DNA from: a virus
Lineage: Duplodnaviria; Caudoviricetes
IMG/VR virus record: IMGVR_UViG_3300028907_000004
Coordinates: 14,464 to 78,463 of that record
Strand: one strand, 5' to 3'
DNA: 64,000 bases
The notes beneath the pieces are model-generated. The model was not told the DNA's origin, ran no database searches, and worked only from the letters and a program-made list of their open reading frames with translations. This document shows positions 19,360 to 29,041 of the stretch, one piece after another. Each line of letters begins with the position of its first letter. The stretch's first letter is position 1. The position numbers were made by a program, and so were the translations under genes.

Positions 19360-19780
19360 TTGCCGGACCCCTTCCGGACCCCTATATTGTGACGGAAGGG
19401 GTCCGGACCCCGTAGGACTTCCGGACCCCCGCTTGTGCGGCTTGTGTTTGTAAGTCCTAGTAGGTCCGGAAACGGACCCCGCTCATTGACACGCCACCGG
19501 ACCTTCCGGACCCCCTGGGCCACGCCCACGCAAGCTCCAGACCCCGCACATGAGTGGGACCCCTGGTGGCGTGGGCGTGGGACCCCGCCACCTATCAGTA
19601 ATGATTATGGTTAGCGGCGCAGGGTCCAGGAAAATTCCATCCCCCACCATTTCCCACAATTCCAACCCTACCTACAAATTCTAGTAGCACCCACAGAACT
19701 CTAAAGCACCACACAACAAAAGACCCTACACCACCCTATAGCACGCAAACAGGAATCGGGACAACCCGGACCCTGTGAAA
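19360..19780. repeat. non-coding CGGACCCC repeat block 3
   Basis: about 11 GGACCC/GGGTCC copies incl. perfect palindrome GGGGTCCGGACCCC at 19398-19411. Confidence 0.8.
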
Positions 19781-20345
19781 CGCCCCTTTGCCGTAAATAC
19801 GGCCAATATGTCCAATAAATCCGCCTTTCTTCGCCCCTGCTATAGACATCATAAATGCTACCTATAGGGTTTACCTATAGGACATTTCCGGCGTTCCGCT
19901 TAATCCTTGCCTATAGAATAGCCATCATTGCGCCGCTAGTGGACAAATGACGCACCCGAATCCCTAGAACGCCGAAAGGGTTGTTCCGAATCTCCGGCAC
20001 GTGTACGGTGGCAAATTTTCGATTTTCCGTTTTCGACTCTCCGGCCCTTTACTGTGTCGGCCCTTTCGGTCTATATTTCGCCTTCCTTCGCGCACACCCT
20101 TTCATACTATCTGACCGCGCAGACCCTTTCCAGCCCGCTTTTCCGGGCTTTTTCTTGTCGTTTTCTAGGGGTTTCCACAAAATTATTTTCAGAATATAGG
20201 AGAATTTTTACACACACTTAAAAAATCAAACAAAAATAAATGACATCCGGCAACTATTAGGGCCACTAAAAACACTTGACTTCTTTTGAAAAGTCCGTAC
20301 CTATTGAGTCACGTTGATTGTAAACAACCCAAGGAGGAAACGTCT

Positions 20346-20954
20346 ATGCCTAGAAACACCCGCCCCGGATCAAAAACCGTAGACCCTACCGGATCAACCG
20401 CCTTCAAGCGTTACGAGTTGTACATTCACGCCGCTGTTCGGTCCTTCAATCACACTACCGGGATTGATAAGGACGAACTCTATGGGGCGGCACGCGAAAT
20501 CTACGCACGTGCCCTCAAGTTCTACAAGCCGCAATCCGGCAAGCCCTTCGGGTGCCTCCTGTCTACTATGCTCAAACTTGAGCTCATCAACTTCTGCGAT
20601 CAGTACCGCCGTCAGTTCAATCGAAACATCAAAGATACAGACCAGCGCATGTTTGTAAACATCGACTGGTGTTCTGCCGAAGCCGGGGATGAAGAGAATT
20701 TCCCCGAAAACATGGCCTATATCAGTCAAGAAGATTTAGGGTTTAGAGAGGTGGAGTTTAATGAGAAACTCCAACAACTCTCCGAAGCCGCGCAACGACT
20801 TGTAAAAGATTTAATGGGAGCCACCACAGAGCCTACCCGTCGGAACGGGCCGGAAGATGTGGCCAGATTCGCCAAGAAATATCTTGGCTGGAAGCTGAAA
20901 GACGCCAGGAAAGCCGCAATAGAAATCAACACTATGTTATTCGTGGAAGGTTAG
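20346..20954 (+). CDS. phage sigma-70 family factor (probable)
   Basis: region-2-like DKDELYGAAREIYARALKFYKPQSGKPFGCLL; AAGGAGG RBS; TTGACT at 20276. Confidence 0.6.
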   Translation: MPRNTRPGSKTVDPTGSTAFKRYELYIHAAVRSFNHTTGIDKDELYGAAREIYARALKFYKPQSGKPFGCLLSTMLKLELINFCDQYRRQFNRNIKDTDQRMFVNIDWCSAEAGDEENFPENMAYISQEDLGFREVEFNEKLQQLSEAAQRLVKDLMGATTEPTRRNGPEDVARFAKKYLGWKLKDARKAAIEINTMLFVEG

Positions 20955-20956
20955 AC

Positions 20957-22831
20957 ATGATCGTACCGTCAGACATATGGATCCAGGCTATGTTGAACCT
21001 CTATGCCAAACAAGAAGGCATAGGCTTCAGCAAGACCGAATTTCCCATAATGGCAGAGATCGTTGCTTACTATCGCAACAAGCGAACGGTCACGCCTTCT
21101 ATGATGCGAACCATAAAGAGGACGGTCAAACGCTACCTCCCACTACTAACCCTGGAAGCCCCCCGACCCCAAAGACGGGCGCACCCGTCGAAGAAAGACG
21201 CCGCGCCCGTTATTGTGGAACAGGTCAATTCTACCAAGAAACTGAAACTGACCTGTGATAACGGATTCGCCAACCAGCTCAAAAAGATCAACGGACGCAA
21301 GTACATTCCCAAGAACGGCTACTGGTCTATTCCCATGTCTCTCAAGAACGTGGAAAGGTTGATTGATGCCGGGGCAGAACTAGGCCCCCGCCTTCGTAAC
21401 TGGTACGAGAACATCAATACGCAACCTGACGAAAACACGACAATCCAGTACAATAAACTCAAACGCGAACTCCGGAGCTACCAAGAGTTTGGGGTGCGCT
21501 TTATTGAAGCCAAGAACGGGCGGTGTCTCGTTGCAGACGATATGGGCCTTGGTAAAACAACAGAAATCCTTGCGTGGTTAGACTCCCGGCCCGACGCCTG
21601 GCCCGTACTTATTGTTTGCCCTTCCAGCGTGAAGTACAACTGGGGCCGGGAAATACAGAAGTGCTTGGGCAAAATACGCACACAGTTCCTTTCTGGAAAG
21701 AAGGTCAAGGACGCCCTGACCGGGAAGGCCGTCATCATCAACTACGACATCTTGTACGCCTGGAAGAAAGCCCTAGCCTCCCACGAATTCAAGACCATCG
21801 TGTTTGACGAAGGGCACTACCTCAAGAATACCGAAGCCAAACGCACCAAGGCCGCAGTAGCTCTGGCCGGAAAGTCAAAGCATATTCTTTGGGCTACGGG
21901 CACCCCTATCGAACAGAAGCCTATCGAATTTTGGACAGCCATTAACACCCTGGCCCCCGGCCTCTTCTACGACAAGAAAGAGTTTGGGCTGGAGTACTGC
22001 GGCGCAACCAAAGGCTATTACGGTTGGGACTACAACGGGGCCACCAACACCAAAGAACTTCACAAGCTCTTGACTTCTACGATTATGCTGCGGCGCAAGA
22101 AAACCGAAGTGGCCAAAGAGATTCCCGAAAAGAACCACATAGTCATTCCTATCGAAATGAGCCGGGAAGGTGCCGCCGAATACCGCCGGGCAGAATCCCA
22201 GTTCCTTTCCTGGCTTCGCGGCGAACATGGCGTTGGGGCCTACAACCGGGCCAAAAAAGCAGAACAGATAGTCAAGATCAACTACCTGAAACAGCTGGCT
22301 TGGAAAGCGAAAGCCGACGCCTGTATTGATTGGGTACGGGATTTCCTTGACTCCGGTAACAAACTGGTGACCTTCCACGCCTATACAGAAAGCCTTATTC
22401 AGATGCGGGACGCCTTCAGCGAAATATCCGTGTCCATTAAGGGCGGCATGAAAGCCAAGGATAAATTGGACACTGTTGACGCCTTCGTAAAGAACGGAAA
22501 CATCAAACTCTGTCATTGTAACATCATTGCCGGCGGTACGGGAACGGACGGCCTTCAGCACGCCGCTAGTGACGTTGCCTTCTACGGGCCTATGTGGAAT
22601 CCGATGATTCACGTACAGGCAGAGGACCGCTTACACCGTATCGGCCAGACGCTTCCCTTGACGGTTTGGTGGTTCGTTGCTGTTGATACTGTAGAAGAGG
22701 ATATATTGAACGTGCTCGACGTCAAAAAGCAGAACGTCAGCGCGTGTACCGATGGAGAGGATATTCCCAACAAGGAACTCTTAACCGAAATCTTGAAGCG
22801 CATGTCCAAGAGACACGCCCCGGAGGATTAA
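20957..22831 (+). CDS. SNF2/HARP-like helicase
   Basis: ADDMGLGKT, DEGH, TGTP, QAEDRLHRIGQ motifs. Confidence 0.92.
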   Translation: MIVPSDIWIQAMLNLYAKQEGIGFSKTEFPIMAEIVAYYRNKRTVTPSMMRTIKRTVKRYLPLLTLEAPRPQRRAHPSKKDAAPVIVEQVNSTKKLKLTCDNGFANQLKKINGRKYIPKNGYWSIPMSLKNVERLIDAGAELGPRLRNWYENINTQPDENTTIQYNKLKRELRSYQEFGVRFIEAKNGRCLVADDMGLGKTTEILAWLDSRPDAWPVLIVCPSSVKYNWGREIQKCLGKIRTQFLSGKKVKDALTGKAVIINYDILYAWKKALASHEFKTIVFDEGHYLKNTEAKRTKAAVALAGKSKHILWATGTPIEQKPIEFWTAINTLAPGLFYDKKEFGLEYCGATKGYYGWDYNGATNTKELHKLLTSTIMLRRKKTEVAKEIPEKNHIVIPIEMSREGAAEYRRAESQFLSWLRGEHGVGAYNRAKKAEQIVKINYLKQLAWKAKADACIDWVRDFLDSGNKLVTFHAYTESLIQMRDAFSEISVSIKGGMKAKDKLDTVDAFVKNGNIKLCHCNIIAGGTGTDGLQHAASDVAFYGPMWNPMIHVQAEDRLHRIGQTLPLTVWWFVAVDTVEEDILNVLDVKKQNVSACTDGEDIPNKELLTEILKRMSKRHAPED

Positions 22832-23041
22832 ATGGGACTCAAGGATCAAGCAGCTATGTGTGGGGTTATTCGCACCCATCTACAGAATCTCCAACAGAGC
22901 ATAGACAAAGCTGTAGACATGGGCGTCAAAGTTGATGTGGAGGTTTGCAACAACATCAGGTATATTCCAAACCTCCACCACACCCCTAAAATAGAAATCA
23001 AAACATACATCGAACTTACTGACGAGGTTGAAAATGGCTAG
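22832..23041 (+). CDS. hypothetical protein
   Basis: GGAGG RBS, abuts helicase. Confidence 0.6.
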   Translation: MGLKDQAAMCGVIRTHLQNLQQSIDKAVDMGVKVDVEVCNNIRYIPNLHHTPKIEIKTYIELTDEVENG

Positions 23042-23477
23042 AACAAAACCCGCCCCCGTAATAGAGGACAAACCCCGTAGACGGACTATGCCTTCATTGC
23101 CGCAGAAAGTGGACGCTCCGGCACGCAGAAGGGTTCCCCCAACCCCGAAGACACCTACAGGGGGAAAACCCGCAGGAACGCCGCGAAGGGGAACCAAAGT
23201 GCTCACGAAGTTTACAGAATTTTTTCATAACTGGGGCGGCTGTCTTCCCTTCGTAGACCCCGAAGAGTGTTCCCACCAGCGACTGTTCCGCGATAAACAG
23301 AAAGACGGCGTTGTGTATTGGATTGATAACGGCATCTGTAAGCAATTCTGTCCCAATGGGGCACGGCACTGTACCCGCTACAACAATTACTGGGCCAAGA
23401 ACGGCGACAAGGCCGTCCACGAAGAATTCATGAAGCAACGCTTTATCGAAGCCGGGGCAAGCAATGGCGGTTCTTGA
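23034..23477 (+). CDS. hypothetical protein with Cys cluster
   Basis: GAGG RBS; Pro/Arg-rich N-terminus, Cys-rich C-terminus. Confidence 0.65.
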   Translation: MARTKPAPVIEDKPRRRTMPSLPQKVDAPARRRVPPTPKTPTGGKPAGTPRRGTKVLTKFTEFFHNWGGCLPFVDPEECSHQRLFRDKQKDGVVYWIDNGICKQFCPNGARHCTRYNNYWAKNGDKAVHEEFMKQRFIEAGASNGGS

Positions 23478-23709
23478 TAAGAACCAGTTGCGGGCTATCC
23501 GCCAACGTAATGATATGGAAATAAGCCGTGGGAGTAAATCAGCCCACGGCTATCCGAAAGAAATCATTCACGATCTACTCCAAACAATAGACTTCTTGGC
23601 CAAGGAAAAGAAAAAGTGGCAACGTGTAGCCGAACACAGAGGCGACCGTTTTCGCAAGATCGTTGAAATTTGCGCAGACGCCGCCATAACTCCGGAGGAA
23701 GAATCATGA
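23464..23709 (+). CDS. hypothetical protein
   Basis: overlap-coupled, 81 aa. Confidence 0.65.
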   Translation: MAVLDKNQLRAIRQRNDMEISRGSKSAHGYPKEIIHDLLQTIDFLAKEKKKWQRVAEHRGDRFRKIVEICADAAITPEEES

Positions 23710-24056
23710 TAACAAAGATATTGGAAATCCGGTATTGCATCGAATGCCCCCACTGTAACGGGTACTTCCAGTGCGCCAAGCTGGAAAGGGCCGTTGATGA
23801 GATTCCGGAAGACTGCCCGCTTGAAAGCATTACCTATGTCGACCACGGGGCAAACTCTTTGGATTCCAAAAGACTCGACTTCCTGGAACAGCAAACACGC
23901 AAAAGTCCTACTGGAGTTTCATTACAGTGGATGCCCGCCGGAGCCACACACAGAGAGTCGGCGGGCATCCACTTTATGCGACGTGGTAAAATATACGAAC
24001 AAAAAAAGACTGTGCGCGAAGCCATTGACGTTGCTATAAAAGATTGTTGGAAATAG
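23706..24056 (+). CDS. Cys-rich hypothetical protein
   Basis: GGAGG RBS, CIECPHC...C...CPL. Confidence 0.6.
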   Translation: MITKILEIRYCIECPHCNGYFQCAKLERAVDEIPEDCPLESITYVDHGANSLDSKRLDFLEQQTRKSPTGVSLQWMPAGATHRESAGIHFMRRGKIYEQKKTVREAIDVAIKDCWK

Positions 24057-24065
24057 GAAACTACA

Positions 24066-24980
24066 ATGGCATTTGACGCACTCGCCTTCTTCCGCAGTAT
24101 CGGAATTGAACCGAAGACGGAAGGGCACAAACATACGCAGGTAGGGTGGGCAAACGTGGTATGTCCGTTCTGTACCGGCAACCCTGGCTATCATCTAGGA
24201 TTTCACCTAGAGTCCGGGGCCTGGAAGTGCTGGCGTTGCGGCAATCACGGTCTGTATTCTGTTCTGTCCGCCTTCCTGGGATATGACAAAAAGCGGATTC
24301 AGGAGGCCCTTGACAAGTTCAAGGGCCGTCCTACCGCCAAGACTGAAGACGAAAGAAAGGCGAGAGGGCGCAGCCACTCATTGAATCTTCCCTCCGGTAC
24401 CAAAGACCTTACCCCAGAGCATCGGGCCTACCTCCGCAAGAGAGGCTACCAAGTGGGCAAACTCGTGCGGAACTGGGACTTGAAGAGCACCGGACCCATT
24501 GGGCCGTACAAGCACAGAATCGTCGCTCCTATTACTTTTCAAAAGAAGATCGTGAGCTACACTTGCCGCGACGTTACTGGGAAGTCTGGAATAAAATTCA
24601 AGTCTTGTAAATTGGAAGAGGAGGTGGTGTATCACAAGTCCATTTTGTACGGTATTGATATGCTGCCCTACCGTACCGGTGTCATCGTAGAAGGCCCCCC
24701 GGACGTTTGGAGATTGGGCCCCGGCGCGGTAGCTACCTTTGGAATTGAATTCACCCCGGAACAGGTAATGTGCGCCGCCGTTCATTTGGATCTTGCTTAC
24801 ATATTTTATGATCCGGAAAAACAGGCAAGAACGCAAGCGGAAAAACTTGCGCTGGCTCTTTCGGCCCTGGGCGTTGAAGTCGAAATTCTATACGCCCCTG
24901 ATGGGCACCCGGACCCCGGCGATATGCCCCAAGATGAAGCGGACGACCTCATGTTGGACTTATTTTCAAGCGTAATGTAA
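24066..24980 (+). CDS. DNA primase (Zn finger + TOPRIM)
   Basis: CPFC...H...CWRC zinc finger; VIVEGPPD and YDPE/DPGD TOPRIM motifs. Confidence 0.9.
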   Translation: MAFDALAFFRSIGIEPKTEGHKHTQVGWANVVCPFCTGNPGYHLGFHLESGAWKCWRCGNHGLYSVLSAFLGYDKKRIQEALDKFKGRPTAKTEDERKARGRSHSLNLPSGTKDLTPEHRAYLRKRGYQVGKLVRNWDLKSTGPIGPYKHRIVAPITFQKKIVSYTCRDVTGKSGIKFKSCKLEEEVVYHKSILYGIDMLPYRTGVIVEGPPDVWRLGPGAVATFGIEFTPEQVMCAAVHLDLAYIFYDPEKQARTQAEKLALALSALGVEVEILYAPDGHPDPGDMPQDEADDLMLDLFSSVM

Positions 24981-24991
24981 GGAGTAACATC

Positions 24992-25204
24992 ATGGCACTG
25001 TACAAAACAAAACCCAGATACGTCCTTGAGCATCGCGGTAGCATGCCGCCTACCTTCTTTCCCGAAGGGTATGACACATCGAATCTATTGGAAATTACCA
25101 CTCACGGAGAAGCCTTTGCTGTGTTCATGAATATCGAAACCGGGGAAACGATACGCTGCGAGGATTTCCACAATCAAGCGCGCAAGGAACAGGGACTGCT
25201 ATGA
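24992..25204 (+). CDS. hypothetical protein
   Basis: AAGGAG RBS. Confidence 0.6.
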   Translation: MALYKTKPRYVLEHRGSMPPTFFPEGYDTSNLLEITTHGEAFAVFMNIETGETIRCEDFHNQARKEQGLL

Positions 25205-25413
25205 ACATAGGCCGAAGTGAATACACACGACTGGTTCAGATTGAAGTGAAGTATCGGAAAATCATAGAACTCTACAAATGGATAGACGAATGCCTTGAAA
25301 TGCTTGCGGACCTTACGGTTGATGACGATTCCAACGCCTACTATGATGCGGTAAACGTACTGGATGAAGCATATACCGAATTTCAAAAATACCTTCAGGA
25401 ACTCACGTCATGA
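25201..25413 (+). CDS. hypothetical protein
   Basis: ATGA overlap. Confidence 0.6.
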   Translation: MNIGRSEYTRLVQIEVKYRKIIELYKWIDECLEMLADLTVDDDSNAYYDAVNVLDEAYTEFQKYLQELTS

Positions 25414-25592
25414 TATACCTTGGAATTGGATGGGAAGCTCTTGTTCTACTTTTCTTGCTATGGATTATCATTAGGGCCGTTCTGAAATCAATGGATAGGC
25501 GTCTTGATAAGATATTTTCTGTTTATGATGAGCGGGGAGGGGGAAAACGAGTACCCCGAAGGGGTACGAGTAAGGGGGAGGGGGATTCTTAA
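25410..25592 (+). CDS. small membrane protein
   Basis: N-terminal TM segment, ATGA overlap. Confidence 0.5.
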   Translation: MIYLGIGWEALVLLFLLWIIIRAVLKSMDRRLDKIFSVYDERGGGKRVPRRGTSKGEGDS

Positions 25593-25668
25593 AATCATAC
25601 GAAGTATGATTAAGAAGTGTTTACACTTCCGAAGGAAGTGTAAACAGCTTAGTGTTACGAAGTAACAC
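25551..25668. other. cluster of four perfect hairpins with C-GAA-G loops (candidate replication origin)
   Basis: GTACCCC-GAA-GGGGTAC; AATCATAC-GAA-GTATGATT; TGTTTACACTTCC-GAA-GGAAGTGTAAACA; GTGTTAC-GAA-GTAACAC. Confidence 0.7.
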
Positions 25669-25717
25669 GGTTAGTGCTATTAGGCGCGGGAGCGCGTAGA
25701 ACACCGGAGCGTATCAT

Positions 25718-26605
25718 ATGGCCCTAAAACCGATGCTAACCAAAGCACCTTCCCCAATGGCTAAAAAGTTCAAGGAGGTTGTAAACAAGAAAGACAAACA
25801 AACCCCGGAACAACAATTATGGGACTTTTGGCGAAGTCTTCCCAATGGGATACGACATAAGGCCGGGAACTCCCAAACAAAGAAGCGTACCCTGAGCATG
25901 ATTAAACTTATCATGTCTGGACAACTGGGTTCTGATATACTGCCACTTGATAAAGAGTGGTTGCGAAAAAAGAACATACGCCTTGGTGTAGCTAAACGCC
26001 AATGGCCGATGCTTGCGTTGCGGACGGTCCTTGCCAACATGAACGAATCTTTTGGCCCCGACGCCCCGGATTGGTTGATTGGCTTGAGTAAACGCCCATT
26101 ACATGAGTTGCTGTATAACTCCCTCACCCAACGAAGTTGGTTTCTGGTGTTTTACCAAGAGGGCGCAATAAAGCCAGCAGAAGTGATAGAGCGTAGAATC
26201 ATGGCCCCCTTTACAGACGACATGGTTGCGGCACTGAAAGAAATCACCGAGATCGTGACAACTATCAAGGGAGGCAACACATATCTGTCCCCAGTAGAGC
26301 GTTCTACGCTTCGCAGGATTACACGAGAAATCTGTGACGTGTACAACGAAGTCCCATTGGAGAGGTGCGGTGCGTTCCGGCGCGAGTTTGGGACAGCGGC
26401 CAAGTTTGCCAAAGCGTACAAAGAACACGTGTACGAAAAGGCCATTGGGAAGACCGACCTTGAAGCGTGGCAGTTGGGTCTGAAGTGTAGCCTGTGGAAT
26501 GAATTCTACACGGATATTATGTGCTTCTGTGGTAGACGAGAGAAAGAAATTCTTGAGGTTGTAATAAAGAGACACCGGGAACGAAAAGACGCAGGAAACA
26601 GGTGA
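25718..26605 (+). CDS. hypothetical replication protein (initiator/helicase loader candidate)
   Basis: 295 aa between hairpin cluster and DnaB-like gene; function inferred from position only. Confidence 0.55.
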   Translation: MALKPMLTKAPSPMAKKFKEVVNKKDKQTPEQQLWDFWRSLPNGIRHKAGNSQTKKRTLSMIKLIMSGQLGSDILPLDKEWLRKKNIRLGVAKRQWPMLALRTVLANMNESFGPDAPDWLIGLSKRPLHELLYNSLTQRSWFLVFYQEGAIKPAEVIERRIMAPFTDDMVAALKEITEIVTTIKGGNTYLSPVERSTLRRITREICDVYNEVPLERCGAFRREFGTAAKFAKAYKEHVYEKAIGKTDLEAWQLGLKCSLWNEFYTDIMCFCGRREKEILEVVIKRHRERKDAGNR

Positions 26606-26606
26606 T

Positions 26607-28136
26607 ATGGCCATAAGCAGAAAGAAACTCGACGCACGACTGGAAAAGCGCATACTGACCGGCATGATCGTCAGCCGGGAGTACCTGAAACAGATACACC
26701 CCATTTTCAAGTCTGAACTTTTTGAAGTCCCGTTTATTGCGACAATAGCCCAATGGTGCATAGACCACTTTGAACAGTACGACACGGCCCCTGGCCTAGA
26801 AATTCAAAACATCTATGCTTACCATGCCAAGAACAAGCTACAGGAAGATCAAGCCGAACTGATCGCAGAGTTTCTACAGCGTCTGTCCAGTGAATGGGAT
26901 GCCTCGCAAGAACTCAATGTTCCATACTTGATCGACCAGACAGAACAGCGGTTCAAGGAAAGGGCCATGCGCATGGCCCTTGAGGACGCCGAAGCCTACC
27001 TGTCCAAAGGCGAAATCCTTGAAGCCGAAAAGCTGCTGACAGGATTCAAAGCCCCCATGCGACCTAGTGCCGTGGGGGTTGATCCTTTTTTGGACTCTGA
27101 AGCAATCTATGACGCCGTTGGAGATCACGACTCCAATGCGCTGTTTGCCCTTCCCGGCGATTTGGGGAAGATGCTGGGACCCTTTGAGCGGGAATCGTTT
27201 TGGGGCATACTAGCCCCGGAAAAGCGCGGCAAGTCGTGGCGAATGATTGACATAGCAAACAGGGCCTGGAAGAAACGGTTCCGCGTGGCTATGTTCCAAT
27301 GCGGCGATATGTCCCAAAGAGCTACCACGGCGCGTATTCATTCCAACCTGACGGGAAGACACCCCCGGTACTTCGGCAGATTCCTTATGCCTGTGCTGGA
27401 TTGCGCGTGGAATCAAGACAATTCGTGTACGGCGCGACAGAGAGCCTGCGATTTCGGCGTGCTAGGCAGAAAGGGCCAAATGATGACGTATGAAGAGGCC
27501 CCGGACTACGTGCCGTGTTCCTTCTGCCAGCGCAAGTACCCGGATGCTTTCAAGGGGGCGGTATGGTACAGGGAAGAAAGCACAGAAAGGCTGAACTTCC
27601 AGTATGCGGTAAACTACGCCCAAAAGCTCTCAAAACGCTACAGGGCCCAACCTTTTAAGCTGTCCACCTATCCGACCAAGACCGTAAATGTCAAGATGAT
27701 CAACGCCCAGTTAGACATATGGGAAAACACCGAAGGGTGGGTGCCGGACTTCGTAATCATCGACTATGCGGACATTTTGGCCCCGGAAGACCCGCGAAAA
27801 GAATTTCGCCACCAGCAGAACGAAAGTTGGGAGGCGTTGCGGGCTTTATCCCTAGATCGCAAGTGCTGCGTCATAACGGCCACACAGGCAACGAAAGACG
27901 CACACAAGAAGAGACAAACCGGAGTGACCGATATATCGGAAGACAAAAGAAAGCTCGCACACGTTACGAATATGATCGCCCTCAACCAAACTCCGGAGGA
28001 AAAGAGGGCCGGAATCATGAGAATATCACAATTAGCTGTTCGAGAGGATGAATTTGACGTAGAGGCCAATGTCTGCGTTCTTCAACAATTACGGGTAGGT
28101 AATCCCTGTATTGCTAGTTATTTTGATAAAGAGTAA
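26607..28136 (+). CDS. DnaB-like replicative helicase
   Basis: APEKRGKS Walker A, VIIDYAD, TATQA, SEDKRK motifs. Confidence 0.85.
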   Translation: MAISRKKLDARLEKRILTGMIVSREYLKQIHPIFKSELFEVPFIATIAQWCIDHFEQYDTAPGLEIQNIYAYHAKNKLQEDQAELIAEFLQRLSSEWDASQELNVPYLIDQTEQRFKERAMRMALEDAEAYLSKGEILEAEKLLTGFKAPMRPSAVGVDPFLDSEAIYDAVGDHDSNALFALPGDLGKMLGPFERESFWGILAPEKRGKSWRMIDIANRAWKKRFRVAMFQCGDMSQRATTARIHSNLTGRHPRYFGRFLMPVLDCAWNQDNSCTARQRACDFGVLGRKGQMMTYEEAPDYVPCSFCQRKYPDAFKGAVWYREESTERLNFQYAVNYAQKLSKRYRAQPFKLSTYPTKTVNVKMINAQLDIWENTEGWVPDFVIIDYADILAPEDPRKEFRHQQNESWEALRALSLDRKCCVITATQATKDAHKKRQTGVTDISEDKRKLAHVTNMIALNQTPEEKRAGIMRISQLAVREDEFDVEANVCVLQQLRVGNPCIASYFDKE

Positions 28137-28144
28137 AATTTTTC

Positions 28145-28173
28145 TTGACTTTGAAAAACTTCTCCTGTAAATA
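28145..28173 (+). promoter_or_regulatory. promoter TTGACT-17-TAAATA
   Basis: intergenic, upstream of AAGGAG RBS of 28235 gene. Confidence 0.65.
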
Positions 28174-28234
28174 ACTTCATACGCGGACAACACGCAAACG
28201 AAATTCAACTCAAGTTTCAAAAGGAGAGAACATC

Positions 28235-29041
28235 ATGGCAAAGAAAGTCGAAAAGAAGGAAAAGGGGTTTTGTGGCGTCAAGGGTCTGACCGAAGACATG
28301 CTGATCGCCGCCGCCGAAGACCTGAACGCCTCCATTGGCCTTGATCCGGCCATCGACGTGGAAGACCTCGAAGGCGAAGAACTTCTGGAAGCCGTCAAGA
28401 CGGGCATGAGCGAAGTCTACACCGCCGACCAGCTGGAAGACGACACCTGGAAGGTGATGGAACTCCTGGGCATCGAAGCGCAGGAAGCCCCCGAAGAGGA
28501 AGAACCGGAACCGGAAGAGAAGCCCAAGGCCAAGGCCGGCAAGAAGGCTTCCAAGAAGACCGAACCGGAACCGGAAGACGACGACAACGGCGACGATGAT
28601 GGCGACGATGATGGCGGGGAAGAAGAGGCCCCGAAGTCCAAGAAGGGCAAGGCCGCTCCCGCCCCGGCCAAGGGCAAGAAGGCCGCGCCCAAGGAAGAGC
28701 CGGAAGATGACGGCGATGGCGACGACGATGAGCCGAAGGCCAAGAAGGGTGCGAAGGCCAAGGCCGAACCCGCCAAGAAAGCCGCTCCCAAGAAGGCCAA
28801 CGACGGCCCCAAGTACAGCCGTTCTGACGCCTTCGGGGAAACCCTGATGGCCGGCAAGAAGAACAAGAAGTCCCTGGCCCAGATCATCGAAGATTCCGAC
28901 GCGCTGTACAGCGAAAACACCGGACGCCGCAGCAATCCGAAGGAATCCGCCTGGTGCGCCAATCTGTCCCTGAAGGCCCTGGCCGCTTGCGGCTACGTCA
29001 AAGTGGACGGCGACAGCGTCGAAATTCTGGTCCGGCCCTAG
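28235..29041 (+). CDS. low-complexity acidic/Lys-rich protein (possible DNA-binding)
   Basis: DDDDG and PKAKKG blocks, strong GC3 codon bias suggesting high expression. Confidence 0.75.
   Translation: MAKKVEKKEKGFCGVKGLTEDMLIAAAEDLNASIGLDPAIDVEDLEGEELLEAVKTGMSEVYTADQLEDDTWKVMELLGIEAQEAPEEEEPEPEEKPKAKAGKKASKKTEPEPEDDDNGDDDGDDDGGEEEAPKSKKGKAAPAPAKGKKAAPKEEPEDDGDGDDDEPKAKKGAKAKAEPAKKAAPKKANDGPKYSRSDAFGETLMAGKKNKKSLAQIIEDSDALYSENTGRRSNPKESAWCANLSLKALAACGYVKVDGDSVEILVRP

Noticed and set aside
10640-19780. Simple GGWCC (AvaII-like) site decoy as the explanation of the motif
   Set aside because: Frequent GAAGTCCG variants lack GGWCC; the shared core is GTCCG
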